Positions 37,401 to 47,900 of a stretch of 64,000 nt of DNA are shown piece after piece. The stretch is from an uncultured Christensenellaceae bacterium (GTDB lineage Bacteria; Bacillota; Clostridia; Christensenellales; DTU072): contig CAYZOJ010000001.1 in assembly GCA_964480195.1 (NCBI GenBank), positions 651 to 64,650 of the forward strand. The letters are read 5' to 3'. Position 1 is the first letter of the stretch. Each line of letters begins with the position of its first letter. The translations under genes were made by a program, and so were the position numbers. The notes under the pieces are model-generated. The model saw nothing but the letters and a program-made list of their open reading frames with translations, made no database searches and had not been told where the DNA came from.

Positions 37401-38161
37401 TCCTCCGAAAAGTCATAAGATATTTCGAAGTCCTCGGAGGAATCCTCGTAATCGACGGTTTCGGTCGTCGCGTTATCGTATGTGCACTTGACGGAAAGAC
37501 CCGTAAGGTCTATGTCACTGCCTACGAAATAATTGAGTTTTTTGGGTTTGGAAATAATTTCGATTTTGGTAAGCGTCCTCGGAAGAACGGTCAATACGAA
37601 CGAAACTTCGTAATTTGCAAAACCTATGTAAATAGTATGCTCGCCGGGCTCCAAGTCTTCGGAATAACCGCGAAGCATCGAATAAGTGATTTCTTCCAAT
37701 ACGACGGTGGTCGTTTGGTAATGAACGTTGATTTTTATTCCGCTCAAATCGAGCGAAGCGCCTTGTACGACGGAAACGTCGTCGGGAATTTCCGCAATGG
37801 AAATGCTCTGCACCTCTGCCGAGATAACTTCGAGCGTAACAGTTGTGGTCTTGCCGGAATAAGTTATGGTAAGCGTTTGCGTGCCTGCCGAAAGTTTATC
37901 GTATCCGGAAACCATATCTTCCGTGACCGGCACGTTGTATCTCGCACCCTTGACGGTAACGGCTTGAACGTAACAATCGGTGAGATCGAGATCGTCCCCT
38001 TGGTAAACTTGCGTTAACGGAAATTCGTAAACACGCAAAGAAACGACGTCGTTACCGCTGTAACCGCCGTCCTCGCCGTCGGAAGATGTGCATGCCGCCG
38101 CGATAAACGCGCCGGAAGCAAGCAATAATATAAGTAAAACCGTAATTACAGAACGACGCAT
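34496..38161 (-). CDS. large surface lipoprotein (about 1221 aa) with Ig-like (Big_3-type) repeats and a C-terminal MBG (YGX) domain
   Basis: The ATG at 38161 lies 5 nt after ggag (the track uses the GTG at 38167). The signal SVITVLLILLLASGAFIAAAC carries a lipobox. Repeats such as YQGDDLDLTDCYVQAVTVKG...VSGYDKLSAGTQTLTITYSGKTTTVTLEV recur. The C-terminal KTYGEADADIVYTIEED...YGTYEIFV is MBG-like. Confidence 0.88.
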   Translation of the reverse strand: MRRSVITVLLILLLASGAFIAAACTSSDGEDGGYSGNDVVSLRVYEFPLTQVYQGDDLDLTDCYVQAVTVKGARYNVPVTEDMVSGYDKLSAGTQTLTITYSGKTTTVTLEVISAEVQSISIAEIPDDVSVVQGASLDLSGIKINVHYQTTTVVLEEITYSMLRGYSEDLEPGEHTIYIGFANYEVSFVLTVLPRTLTKIEIISKPKKLNYFVGSDIDLTGLSVKCTYDNATTETVDYEDSSEDFEISYDFSEENAYSKVTVTYMGKSARFNCAVAVPTAKTLTIDVFPKTVGIVLDGSTWITEISKIREGDKIDWSTGRATVVYEDGKKENISLDGDNLYYYLDGTTADKRITKDHSFTELKEHVVYICYGNSDWATPMHIAVEGKKAYRLLVADSRKDPAEQVANKVFVEGQMFTTAYLRYNTLYDNGTYEFDENDVSTWASLNENDLASDGSQFRLSLSACKDGYQTINFSVGGVTAGFKVKVIARVAVSVSAKEPYRNYYKIGSELDLDGSSVYVEYNDNTVETLSPIPEKYISIYYDGTPTDILSYVGDYTVNVNITGKESTFTVHAVPEEDYVTKITFAESGYNFDSTYTFASISDLINSKIRMLATKSGSNSVIFTIDGNDVELLTEDDGKSGRKDVMFRYYGTVFTIKTKIEGRQVSAIEVTGAPDKTVYVSGIDDELDLSGIKITRTFNDGTSSVISTLDSSLWTFTGFTPDVLGIQTITATYSITDNDGTVRRYVTTFQVEVASGSVQSISFDDKQPGMEAVTVDGVTRNAYKVTYKDDLNATYLDEDTIGNLYFDVEFTSGERVTRTLKAGYLDYDKHYVKSDKGGYFQQATISYGGCNATFWLYVSERTLKEIRVKTVPTVLTYAEGQALNTEGGYIERIYDNGESDVLPMTSGLIAINGYSQDPFANVQGGTKTTQTVTLIYGERTTAFDVTSYRKLTAEPKCGNSTMAYGSVTKPTITITQSIAGFTVPDTEVEFLVDGEWSTEAPVYPGVYPLRIHVLANEYYNESWVEEDTLKLTITRKYIMVNVSSMTKTYGEADADIVYTIEEDELVGNDVVELEIYREEGEDVKYTAQGGYGTYEIFVKLKDGQNQNALYNIGYGKPTLTIYPKRVEKNKSGAVINVDFITPNNYNKQSSTVPFTGSEIQSFGAQYTDAIGAISRIDAKDILYYDANGILLDSLPREKGKYTVKISGNYSFEGKSSLDFEIV

Positions 38162-38191
38162 ACGCACTCCGCAGTCGATAGTATTGCTTAT

Positions 38192-38220
38192 ATTATATAT
38201 TAAAATATTATATAAAGCAA
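38192..38220 (-). promoter_or_regulatory. putative promoter of the 1221-aa lipoprotein operon
   Basis: On the minus strand, TTGCTT (38220-38215) is followed by a 17-nt spacer and TATAAT (38197-38192). Confidence 0.45.
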
Positions 38221-38269
38221 GTTATGCGCGCGTTATTTACTTTTATATTACCGTCGGGTTACATCTTTT

Positions 38270-38295
38270 TTCAAAAAAAGAAGCCCGAGGGCTCC
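38270..38295 (-). terminator. rho-independent terminator after the GDE_C-like hydrolase gene
   Basis: On the minus strand, GGAGCC-CTCG-GGCTTC is followed by T7. The stem needs a G.U pair that exists only in the minus-sense RNA. Confidence 0.7.
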
Positions 38296-38297
38296 TT

Positions 38298-40214
38298 TCA
38301 GTCGAAGAATTTGCCGTCCGGGTATGAATACACGAACGCACCGAACCCGCTCCAGCCTTGGAGTAGCGATCCGTCCTCTCGGGGAGGCGCGAAAAATTCT
38401 ACGGGCGTATAGTTGCCCTTTTCGGCATTATAAACGAACCAACGGGTCAACGGATACTCGTAGTCCATCCCGCGACCGAGTTTAGCATATGCGTAAACAG
38501 CCGACCAGTACGGCCAATCTCCGCCGTTATGGTAGTAGAACGGAAGACTCGATTTAAGCACCGTCGCACGCGGGTTTTTGTAGAACGGATAAACCGAGAG
38601 CACGCCGAAATCGCCCGCACCCTGTTCTTTATTGTTTTTAGATTCGAGCATACGTTCCATATTCTTTAATACCGAAGTCGCCCTCTCGTCATCCGTAAGC
38701 CCGAACAGCACCGTCAAAACGGTATCGACGGACAAGTTGTCTTCTACATAGTTTTCCGTTTTATAGTTTACGAAATACCCGAGTTCGGAATCCCAAAGCA
38801 ATTCGTTTATTGCTTTTTTGACGGTTTCGAACCGAACGGCGTAATCTGCGGATACGGTCGGACGCGAAGTCTTGGTAAGCTCGGATACGGCATACAACGC
38901 GCGAGCATACAACGCCTCGTCATACGTACAATATCCCGTTCTGAATACGTTATCGCACCAGTCGCGACGGTTATATTCTCCCGCCTTATACAAAAGTCCC
39001 GTGCCGTCCGTCTGCTCGGAAAGCTTCTCCACGACTTTGATAACGGAATCGAGTACGGTACCGCCCCTCCATTTAACGCTAAGTACGTCGTAATCTCCCG
39101 TCGTGCGAACGTAATCGTAAACGAGGATAGCATAAAACGACGGGCTGTCGTAATGGTCGCCCCACCAGTTCTTGAAATTGTATTTGACGGCGGACGGGCA
39201 TCTGCCGTCTTTGTCGATGCCCCTTGCAAGCGTCAAAATCTCGTTGCGGACAAGCTCGGGACGGTATTTAAGCACGGCAAGAGCCGTCCAATATCCGTCG
39301 CGGAAGTACGTACGCGCGGGCGATTGGTAATTTATACCCGCAAGAAAACCTTTGAATGCGCCCGTTTCCTTATACATACTCAACGCGCAGTTGTAGAGGC
39401 TCGAAAAATAAGCCCTATCGAACTCGGTACGACACGACGAAGGTATCGGAAGGTTTTTAACGTAGTCAAGCGACTCTTGTCTGTATTCCTCGAAACGACG
39501 GTAACAGTCCGAAACGTCGCAGGCGGAAAAATCGCCGTGCGTATATCCCGATACGACAAGTTTGACAGTTCCCGTTTCTCCCGATTTAAGATCGAGAGTT
39601 GCCGAAAACTGATTTGTGTACATATGCGTGGTTTCGAGCGCGACAGCCGGCTCCGACACCGCTATATCGAAACGGAAATTCTCTATTATATTATTGGAAA
39701 TAAGTAAGAAACCGTCGTTCTTTTTTACACTGCGATGACCTTTGATTTCCGCACCCAACGTGCCGAAAACAAGTCGCGAAAGGTTTTTGAAATCGAACCG
39801 AGAAGCGAACAAGTTTTTAAGATACGACGTGAAATTTATGCCGAAATTGACGGTATTTTCAAATTTTACATCCTTTTTCGCGTGCACGGCAAACTCCGTA
39901 AACAACGCGTTGACATCGTTACCCGTAAAATGCGAAATCGTGAGCGCGACTTCGTCGTTTTCGAGTTCGACGATCATGCGCTTTCCGACCATAGATACTT
40001 TCTTGTGCGTATACGGGTCGACGGGTCTTCCGTTTACGAATATTTGGTTATACCAGCACTCGAGAAAATCCCATTTGTTGACGACGGAATATTTCTTTAA
40101 TCCGCCCGTTCCGTCGAACTCCGCCATTAAAAGGTTGTTGGAAACGTCGTATAAAGTCGGTTTGTAATACTCGCCCTCGGCTACGATTGCGCCGTTTTCG
40201 TAAGATACTTTCAT
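38298..40214 (-). CDS. (alpha/alpha)6-barrel glycoside hydrolase, amylo-alpha-1,6-glucosidase (GDE_C)/GH63-like
   Basis: C-terminal half motifs YFRDGYWTALAV, RRDWCDN and YYHNGGDWPYW resemble GDE_C-type enzymes. The N-terminal beta-sandwich is unassigned. Confidence 0.7.
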   Translation of the reverse strand: MKVSYENGAIVAEGEYYKPTLYDVSNNLLMAEFDGTGGLKKYSVVNKWDFLECWYNQIFVNGRPVDPYTHKKVSMVGKRMIVELENDEVALTISHFTGNDVNALFTEFAVHAKKDVKFENTVNFGINFTSYLKNLFASRFDFKNLSRLVFGTLGAEIKGHRSVKKNDGFLLISNNIIENFRFDIAVSEPAVALETTHMYTNQFSATLDLKSGETGTVKLVVSGYTHGDFSACDVSDCYRRFEEYRQESLDYVKNLPIPSSCRTEFDRAYFSSLYNCALSMYKETGAFKGFLAGINYQSPARTYFRDGYWTALAVLKYRPELVRNEILTLARGIDKDGRCPSAVKYNFKNWWGDHYDSPSFYAILVYDYVRTTGDYDVLSVKWRGGTVLDSVIKVVEKLSEQTDGTGLLYKAGEYNRRDWCDNVFRTGYCTYDEALYARALYAVSELTKTSRPTVSADYAVRFETVKKAINELLWDSELGYFVNYKTENYVEDNLSVDTVLTVLFGLTDDERATSVLKNMERMLESKNNKEQGAGDFGVLSVYPFYKNPRATVLKSSLPFYYHNGGDWPYWSAVYAYAKLGRGMDYEYPLTRWFVYNAEKGNYTPVEFFAPPREDGSLLQGWSGFGAFVYSYPDGKFFD

Positions 40215-41338
40215 TACTCCTCTCTGCTCCTAAGTTCGGCGTACAGCTCTTCCGTTTCGATCGGGTCAAGCGGAAGCTCCGCCGTTTTGTTTTTATATGC
40301 CGACAAATAAATGCCGTTGATTATCGACAATGCGTTTATGCCCTCTTCCCCGAACGCGACGGGCGTTTTGCGCCTGCCTTCGAGAGTTTCCGCAAACGCG
40401 CGCACTACGCGTATCTGCTGTCCGTAAACAAGATCGGTTATAAGCCTGAACAAGCCGTAATAATACCGCTTGGTATGCGCTTTAACCGAGCCGTAACCCT
40501 TTGTAACAGACGCGTTAACCTCGGGTTCGGAACGATCGAAACTAACGTATTTAAGACTATATTTGCCGATTACGAGTTTGCCTTTATCCCCGGCTATTTC
40601 CAATCTGTTCGTGCCGTGAAGTTCGTGTCCGGACGCAATAAAGGTACCCATAGCGCCGTTTTTGTATTCCAAAACCGCGGTTACATCGTTTTCGACGGTT
40701 ATGTCTCGATTGACTGTACGGGCGGTCGCGTCGATTTTTACGGGCATACCGCATATCCATTGCATGACGTCGAGTTGGTGCACGCATTGATTGATGAGAA
40801 TACCACCGCCTTCGCCCTTCCAGCTCGCTCGCCATTCTCCCATATCGTAATAAAACTGCGAACGGTACCAGTCGGTTACTATAAAGGTTACACGACGGAT
40901 TTCGCCTATCCCGCCGGACGCGACTATTTCTTTTGCCTTTGCGTAAACGCGGTTAGTACGCTGATTGAACATTATCCCGTACAGCGCGTTCGGACGTGCT
41001 TCCGCCACGGCGTTTGCTCGCATACACTCGCCGACGGTAACAGCCTGAGGCTTTTCCGAAAGAACGTTAACGCCGTTTTCAAGGCAATAAATCGCGATTT
41101 CCACGTGCGAATAATGCGGTGTCGCGATGATTACCGCGTCGGGTTTGACGAGAGAAATCATTTCTTTATAGTCGGTAAACGCAAGCACGCCTTTGTGCTT
41201 TGCCGTGAACTTATCGAGCTTTAATTCGTCAAGGTCGCATACCGCCGTCAACCGTGCGAATTTTACCCTGCCTCTTACAAGATTTTCGGCGTGAATTCCG
41301 CCCATTCTGCCTATGCCTATTACGGCAAAACTTTTCAT
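40214..41338 (-). CDS. Gfo/Idh/MocA family oxidoreductase
   Basis: N-terminal Rossmann FAVIGIGRMGGIHAENL plus the C-terminal alpha/beta domain. The stop overlaps the next start (TAATG). Confidence 0.88.
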   Translation of the reverse strand: MKSFAVIGIGRMGGIHAENLVRGRVKFARLTAVCDLDELKLDKFTAKHKGVLAFTDYKEMISLVKPDAVIIATPHYSHVEIAIYCLENGVNVLSEKPQAVTVGECMRANAVAEARPNALYGIMFNQRTNRVYAKAKEIVASGGIGEIRRVTFIVTDWYRSQFYYDMGEWRASWKGEGGGILINQCVHQLDVMQWICGMPVKIDATARTVNRDITVENDVTAVLEYKNGAMGTFIASGHELHGTNRLEIAGDKGKLVIGKYSLKYVSFDRSEPEVNASVTKGYGSVKAHTKRYYYGLFRLITDLVYGQQIRVVRAFAETLEGRRKTPVAFGEEGINALSIINGIYLSAYKNKTAELPLDPIETEELYAELRSREE

Positions 41339-41976
41339 TTCCGTCCAAGCTCCTCTAACGCGACGTCCGTTATGTTAGTCGTTACGTTTTCAAACGGCAT
41401 TTTGAGAATGCGCTTTAAGGTTTCGGGGTCGTCTACCGTAAAAATCGAAACGCCGAGCCCTATCTCGAAAGCTTTGTTCCAGAGTTCTTCGTCCGTGAGT
41501 TTATAATTTATGTTTATTCCGTTAATAACAGACTCGCCGAAACTTGCAAGATACTCTTTTATCTCGGGTAGATTCTTGGCTTCGAGAGGATACTTGCGGG
41601 AATAAAAGCCTTTATTGACGTATACGTCTACGCCGTCCAAGTCCTTGATTTCTTCGGGCGTAACCGCACCCGTAAAGTATATCAGCTTTTCGACGCCGAC
41701 TTCCTTTGCAAGAGCCACTATCTTCTTTATAAGACCCTTCTTTTTGAGATCGACGTTTACGCGCTTAGAATACTTCGATGCGTACTCGAATACCGTGCGG
41801 AGGGTTACACGACGACTTTTAAGAGGCGGGGCGAACCAATGTCCGAGCACGATTTCTCCGCCCGCCGTTCTGACGTCGACTTCGATTGCGCCGACTTCCG
41901 TACGGCAAACTTTTTCCAGATACTCTATAGTGTTTTTACGCGTGCCGAGAGCTCCGCCGTGTGCGGTTAATAACAT
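41335..41976 (-). CDS. glycerophosphodiester phosphodiesterase (GDPD) family protein
   Basis: LTAHGGA...IEVDVR N-terminal motifs in a short 213-aa form. ATGA overlap with the downstream gene. Confidence 0.7.
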   Translation of the reverse strand: MLLTAHGGALGTRKNTIEYLEKVCRTEVGAIEVDVRTAGGEIVLGHWFAPPLKSRRVTLRTVFEYASKYSKRVNVDLKKKGLIKKIVALAKEVGVEKLIYFTGAVTPEEIKDLDGVDVYVNKGFYSRKYPLEAKNLPEIKEYLASFGESVINGININYKLTDEELWNKAFEIGLGVSIFTVDDPETLKRILKMPFENVTTNITDVALEELGRK

Positions 41977-43589
41977 TATCTTCTCCTTTTTTTAACGACC
42001 ATTGCGCGATTGTATTCTACGTGCGCGTTCGTTTTTTGGAACTTGCGCATTATATTGAGCTTCGTAAGACCGCCCGTATTTACCATCGAAAGCGGACAAT
42101 ACTCCACTCCGAGTTTGTCGAGGGTAGGTAAAAACTTTTTAAGACGCTTTTCAAAATCACTGTAGTCGCGCTCCGCAGACGGCGTCCAAGCGACTTCCGC
42201 AAACGCTTCCATTCTCGGGAAGAGTTGGAATTGGAGTCTTTCTTCCGTCGGTACCCATTCCGTCCAAAGCGGTCCTTCAAGCCCGAGTATCCCGCCTCGC
42301 TTATCGCTAAGACCGTACTTTTCGGGTTCGAACGCGTAAGTGGTTTTGAGGTTGTTTTGAGCATATGGCATATCGAAATAGAATGCTTGATGCTTGGCTA
42401 TTACCGCCTGTCCACCGCCGAGAAGATAGTTCTCTACCGCCGAATCCCTCGCGTGCGTCCAATATTCGACGATGACGGATCTGTCGAGGCTGTCGGCTTT
42501 GAGTATCTCGTTCCAACCGATTAAACGTTTGCCCTTGCGTTTTAAGTAAACGGCGATTTTATTGTTGAAATAGCCTTGAAGGTCCTCTTCCGTTTTGAGT
42601 CCCTCTTCTTCCATACGTTTTTGACAGTCGGGGCACCTTTTCCATTCGTATTTGGGCGCTTCGTCCCCTCCGATATGGAAATACGGTCCCGGGAACATCG
42701 CGCAGAGCTCGTCGATGACATCGTATATGAACGTATACGTAAAGTCCTTACCCGCACAAGCTATGATATTGCCGACTCCGTTGTCTTCGGGGGAGCCTCC
42801 GTGTACGACCGGAACGTCCATTTTGATGTTACGGCAAGAAAGACGCGGATACGCTGCGATTGCCGCTCCGAGGTGCGCAGGCATATCCACTTCCGGCACT
42901 ATCGTTATGTTGAGCCTCGACGCATATGCCACAATCTCTTTTATCTCGGTCTGAGTATAATAGCCTTCGTGCGGTATCCAATCTATGGACTTATTGCCCC
43001 ACGCCATATTCTGACTGCCCTTGCGGTACGATCCGACTTCGGTAAGACGTGGATATTTTTTGATTTCGACGCGCCATCCTTCGTTGTCCGTCAAATGCCA
43101 ATGCAAAACGTTGAGTTTATGGAACGCCATCATATCGAGAAGTCTTTTAACCGCTTCAGCTCCGTGGAAATAACGGCTTTCGTCAAGCATTATGCCTCTG
43201 TACGCATATCTCGGTTCGTCCTTTATAGACAACGCGTGAAGCGTAAGCACCTCGCTTTCGCCGAGGACGTCGGCACCCGTCAACTGACGGAGCGTCTGCG
43301 TTGCGTAAAACGCGCCCGCCATAGCGGAAGCTTTGATTATGACTTTTTCGGTATCGGCTTCTATTGTATATCCCTCTCTCGGAAGGTTGCGATCGTGCAA
43401 AAAGCTTATAGCCGCCTTTTTGCTGGCGACAACGGGTAGTTTGAATCCGCATACGCTTTCAACCATCGCGACCAAAACGTCGCGCGCAAACGTCAACGAC
43501 GCGTCCGCGTAAACGGTCGTATCCGAATTTATGATGAACTCACCGAACTTTTCTTCCGCATATGCGGGCTTGGGAATGATATTTAACAT
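41976..43589 (-). CDS. beta-N-acetylhexosaminidase, GH20
   Basis: LHWHLTDNEGWR and the catalytic FHIGGDE motif. 537 aa with no signal peptide seen. Confidence 0.9.
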   Translation of the reverse strand: MLNIIPKPAYAEEKFGEFIINSDTTVYADASLTFARDVLVAMVESVCGFKLPVVASKKAAISFLHDRNLPREGYTIEADTEKVIIKASAMAGAFYATQTLRQLTGADVLGESEVLTLHALSIKDEPRYAYRGIMLDESRYFHGAEAVKRLLDMMAFHKLNVLHWHLTDNEGWRVEIKKYPRLTEVGSYRKGSQNMAWGNKSIDWIPHEGYYTQTEIKEIVAYASRLNITIVPEVDMPAHLGAAIAAYPRLSCRNIKMDVPVVHGGSPEDNGVGNIIACAGKDFTYTFIYDVIDELCAMFPGPYFHIGGDEAPKYEWKRCPDCQKRMEEEGLKTEEDLQGYFNNKIAVYLKRKGKRLIGWNEILKADSLDRSVIVEYWTHARDSAVENYLLGGGQAVIAKHQAFYFDMPYAQNNLKTTYAFEPEKYGLSDKRGGILGLEGPLWTEWVPTEERLQFQLFPRMEAFAEVAWTPSAERDYSDFEKRLKKFLPTLDKLGVEYCPLSMVNTGGLTKLNIMRKFQKTNAHVEYNRAMVVKKRRR

Positions 43590-43603
43590 ATGTCCTCCGC
43601 TGA

Positions 43604-44971
43604 TTATTTCCTGTCACTCTTTTTGACGTAATCGGTTACGGGCGATACCGACGTGTACTTGGGACGTATCATCTTACCGCCGTTGGCAATCTCCTCTATG
43701 CGATGTGCCGAAAGTCCCGCAATGCGCGCGGTAGCGAATATCGCGGTGTAGAACTCGACGGGTATACCCAACATCGTATATATGAAGCTCGTGTAAAAAT
43801 CGACGTTTGCCGATACGCCTTTATAAATCTTGCGTTTTTCCGATATCGTTTCGGGGGCAAGGCGCTCGATCTTACGATAGAAATTATACTGCTCTTCCAT
43901 ATCCTTTTCGACCGCAAGAGGCTTGATAAAGCTACGCAATATCTTTACGCGCGGATCCGAAACGGAATAGACCGCGTGCCCTACGCCGTATATTTTGCCG
44001 GTTTTGTCGTACGCCTTTCCGTCTATGATTTCGGCAAGATAAGCTTTTAGGTCTTCGTCCGAATGACTGCGTGCGTTTTTATAAATATCCGCCATCATTC
44101 CCGGGACCTTGGCGCAAGCTCCGCCGTGCCTGAATCCTTTTACGGACGCCAACGCCGACGACAACGCCGAGTAAGTATCGGTACCCGAACTCGATACTAT
44201 GTGCTCCACAAACGCCGAATTGTCGCCACCTCCGTTATCCGCTTGCAGTACAAGACAGACGTCCAATATCTTGGCTTCGAGAGGCGTATATTCGCCGTTA
44301 GGTCTTATCATACGCAATATGTTTTCCGCGGTGGAAAGTCCCGTAACGTCGGGTTTACGGAGCGTTACGGGTTCATCTCCGCGCATACGCTTTGCGTTAT
44401 AAATAACCGAACCGATAACGGGAAGTTTTGCGATGATACTCAAACTCTGAGCTACCACGTGGTCGATATCGAGGGATTCCGGCTCGGGGTCTTCGTCGTA
44501 CAAGTCGAGTACGCTTTTTTGTAACATCGTCATTATGTTCGCATTCGCGGGAGCTGTAAGGCAGTTATCGACGACGCTTTCGGGAAGCGCGCGAAGAGAT
44601 GCGAGTATTTCCGTAAATGCCTTCAAATTTTCGTCGGTCGGAAGTTTGCCGAACAGTAAAAGATATACGACTTCTTCAAATCCGAACCTCTTTTCTTTGA
44701 CAAAACCTTTGACTATGCTTTCTACCGATATTCCTCGATAATACAGCGATCCCGCGCAAGGCACGATTTCGCCGTCCTTATTCTTCTTTGTCGCAACAGG
44801 CTCTGCGACTCGGGTAAGTCCTACCTGTACGCCGATACCGTTGATGTTGCGAAGACCTTTCGGCAGTCCGTTCTCCGCATAGGCGGAGTCGTTTATCTTT
44901 GCAGAATCCACTGCCAAACGGCTAAGTTCTTTGATTTTTTTGCGATTTGCGACTATTTCTTGTTTTGCCAT
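43604..44971 (-). CDS. citrate synthase family protein
   Basis: GHAVYSVSDPR and ANVDFYTS active-site contexts. 455 aa. Confidence 0.85.
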   Translation of the reverse strand: MAKQEIVANRKKIKELSRLAVDSAKINDSAYAENGLPKGLRNINGIGVQVGLTRVAEPVATKKNKDGEIVPCAGSLYYRGISVESIVKGFVKEKRFGFEEVVYLLLFGKLPTDENLKAFTEILASLRALPESVVDNCLTAPANANIMTMLQKSVLDLYDEDPEPESLDIDHVVAQSLSIIAKLPVIGSVIYNAKRMRGDEPVTLRKPDVTGLSTAENILRMIRPNGEYTPLEAKILDVCLVLQADNGGGDNSAFVEHIVSSSGTDTYSALSSALASVKGFRHGGACAKVPGMMADIYKNARSHSDEDLKAYLAEIIDGKAYDKTGKIYGVGHAVYSVSDPRVKILRSFIKPLAVEKDMEEQYNFYRKIERLAPETISEKRKIYKGVSANVDFYTSFIYTMLGIPVEFYTAIFATARIAGLSAHRIEEIANGGKMIRPKYTSVSPVTDYVKKSDRK

Positions 44972-44996
44972 GTCCTATCTCCGATTTCCCGATGTC

Positions 44997-47900
44997 CTAA
45001 TCTCTATACTTGATGTAGCGTTTTTCTCTCTTCTTCTTGACGCGCACCGATATGAATATAATCAACACGATTACGACTACCGCCGCCGCGATGACGATTA
45101 TGTACATCTGCGATCCCGCTTCCGAGGTACGGGCGATAACCACGCCCGACGCGCCCGTTACGTTGATTTTGACGTCGTCGCCGTCTATTACGACGTCGCG
45201 AACGTATATGAGTTCACCGCTACGACTTACGGTAAAGAATGCGAGTTCTTCCGTGTTTCCTGCGTCTTCCGGGAGCGTAAACGTAAGGTATATTTCGCCG
45301 TCCGGTGTAATTTCGGCATCGCCTACGCTGTATTTGATGTTGTAATACTTATACGCGCTCTTGTCTTCGAGAGTGGTATACGCGCTCTTTGCGTCGTTAA
45401 ACGCCGTGAGTATCCTCGACGTGTCTGCGTCCTTGACCGTAATGACGGTTTCCGCGTCGAATTTTCCGTCGAAAGTTGCTTCGACTTCGCCGTCCTCTTC
45501 GCCGGTCGCGTTTATTTGCGGTGCGTAGATTTTTACGGTAGCGTCAAGATAAATAAAATCGTAATTGTCGTCTTTGGCTCCGTACGGCGTTACCTTATAA
45601 GTTCCAGCGACCGAGGGTAGATCTACCGACGGTTTGACTTTAAGGTCGTCCTCGCCGTCGCCACCGCAGAATCCCTCGTAATAGAATTCGGCACGGAACT
45701 CGGAACCTTCTATCGCCTCTATATCCTCTATCGAGATGTTGAGTTCGGCTTTTTTGATTTTGAAATTATATGACGTCGAACCGCCGAGTACGTAATTTTT
45801 GTTGCCTATCGCTATCTTTAGCGTATGTGTGCCCGCGCCGATGAAGTCGCCGTCGTAAGTTTTGATTACGCCGAGATCTTCTTCCGTGTCGCCCTCGCGA
45901 AGACCGCGGAAAGAGTATTTAACGTCGTCTTTGTGAACGGAACCGTCATACGACGTACCGCTACCCGAGAAAGAAACCGTTATGCGTATGGGATTTACCT
46001 TAACGGTTACGTCCGCTTCGCACTCGTCGTAATTGGGGTCTTCCGGCGAGAATACAACCTTGCAAGTGCGGGTTTCGGATTCTTTGAAATCGAGCGTTTC
46101 ATCGTTTGCCCACGCAAGAGTTCCTTTGAGAGTAGCTTCCTTTGCTCCGTAAAATTCGAGTTCGGGAACCGCTATCTCGGATAACAAGGTACCGGGATCC
46201 GCATTTACGGTGATATTGTCGGTCGTTTCAGGAAGCGCGCGGGTTATTTTGAGCCCGCTCGTTTCGAACAGAACCGTCGCAAGGTAGTTCTCGGAAGAAT
46301 GGCTGATGCCTTTGTTTATGTATTCGTACGTCGCGTAACCTACGGTCGACGTGCCGATGTAGGCGTTTTCGCCCTCGATTCTCGTAAGAGATACTTCTAA
46401 CTCTATACTTTCTGCGGTATCGCCGTTTGCAAGTCCCTCTATCGTATATGCGGGCTTGGGATCTGCTTCCCCGTACTTTTTGGTTTGGGGCGTTACCTTG
46501 ACGGTCAACGTCGCGGGGGTTATCTTGTACGTTCCCGATACGAACGTGATTTCGTAATCGGGGTTTTCTTCTGCCAAATTGCCTGCCGATATCGGATAGC
46601 TACCTACTTTAGCTTCCGTTTCGCACGCAAGAGCTCCGCTCAATGTCGCTTCCGGACTCGTCGTAAAGGTAAGTTCCGCAAGCTCCTCGCCGTATACCGA
46701 CGATACATCGTCCGCCGTAACCGTTATCGCAAGTTTCGATACGGTAAGAGTGCCGTCCGCGCCTGCTTTAAACGTGTAACCGTCGGACACAGCCTCCGAC
46801 AAATCGAGTCCGAGAGTGTGGTTTCCTGCCGAATAAACCGAGTCTTCCTCGTGTTTAACGCCGTCTACGAGTACGATTATACCGCTTACTCCGCTCGGGA
46901 CTTCCGTCGAATCGCCGTAACGAACGGTAAATTCGGGGGACACGCCGTAATCAATCGTCTTGTCGCAAACGACCAACGTCATTTGGGCCTTGTTTATGAT
47001 TATAGTCGCCTCTGCTGAAACGGATTTATAGTTGGAAGTTTCGCATTTAGTAACGATTATTTCGATTTTGCCGGCTTTGCTAAACGAAAGAACGTTGCCA
47101 TCGAACGAACCGACATCCGAATAGCCTTCTTTTACTTCGTACGTATAGCGGTCGGGCTCGTTGCCGTCGGTATTCCCGCCCGTTGCAGTAACGGTTACGG
47201 TATGTCCGAATACGACTTCATTTGCGCAGTCAAGCGTAATCGCGGACTGCTCGGCTTTTTCGATGACAACCTCGACTTTCGGGTTGACGAGTTTATAGTT
47301 GCCGTCCGTAAAACCTATGACCTCGAACGAATACGTGCCCGCGCCTTGCATTGCGGTTATGTCCGCCTTTTCTGCGGGAGTGAGCATTTTGCCCGTAACG
47401 CTTAACTTTCGAGTTTTGTTGTCGACATCCGTAAACGACGCTTCGACGATATGTTCTTTGCCGTCGTAAACGAGATTGTTTCCGTCGCTTCCTAAAATTC
47501 CGTCATATTGTACGTAGACTTCCTTGGGATTAACCTTGTAGACGACGTAATCGTTTCCTTCTTCCGCCTCTTTGAATGTAAGGTTATAATATTTATCGGC
47601 ACTTCCGGATGTCGAGTCTATCGACACTCTGAGTTTGTAATTTCCTACATCCCCCATTGTCTGCCCGTCCAAAGGCTCAAACGAGAATTTAGGCAAAAGA
47701 CGGACGCTTACTACCGCGCCTTCCAAACTCCATTCGTGCGTGGTCAAACTCGGCATACGACCCGTTCCCGCATACTCGCCCTCGTATCCGCTTACGAAAG
47801 AAACGGTAACGTTACGCTTGACTATCTTGCCGTTTCCGACATAATCTTCGGGTGCCTTATAGTTGGTTTTGTCCGCGCCCGAAAGCGTAAACGTATAAGT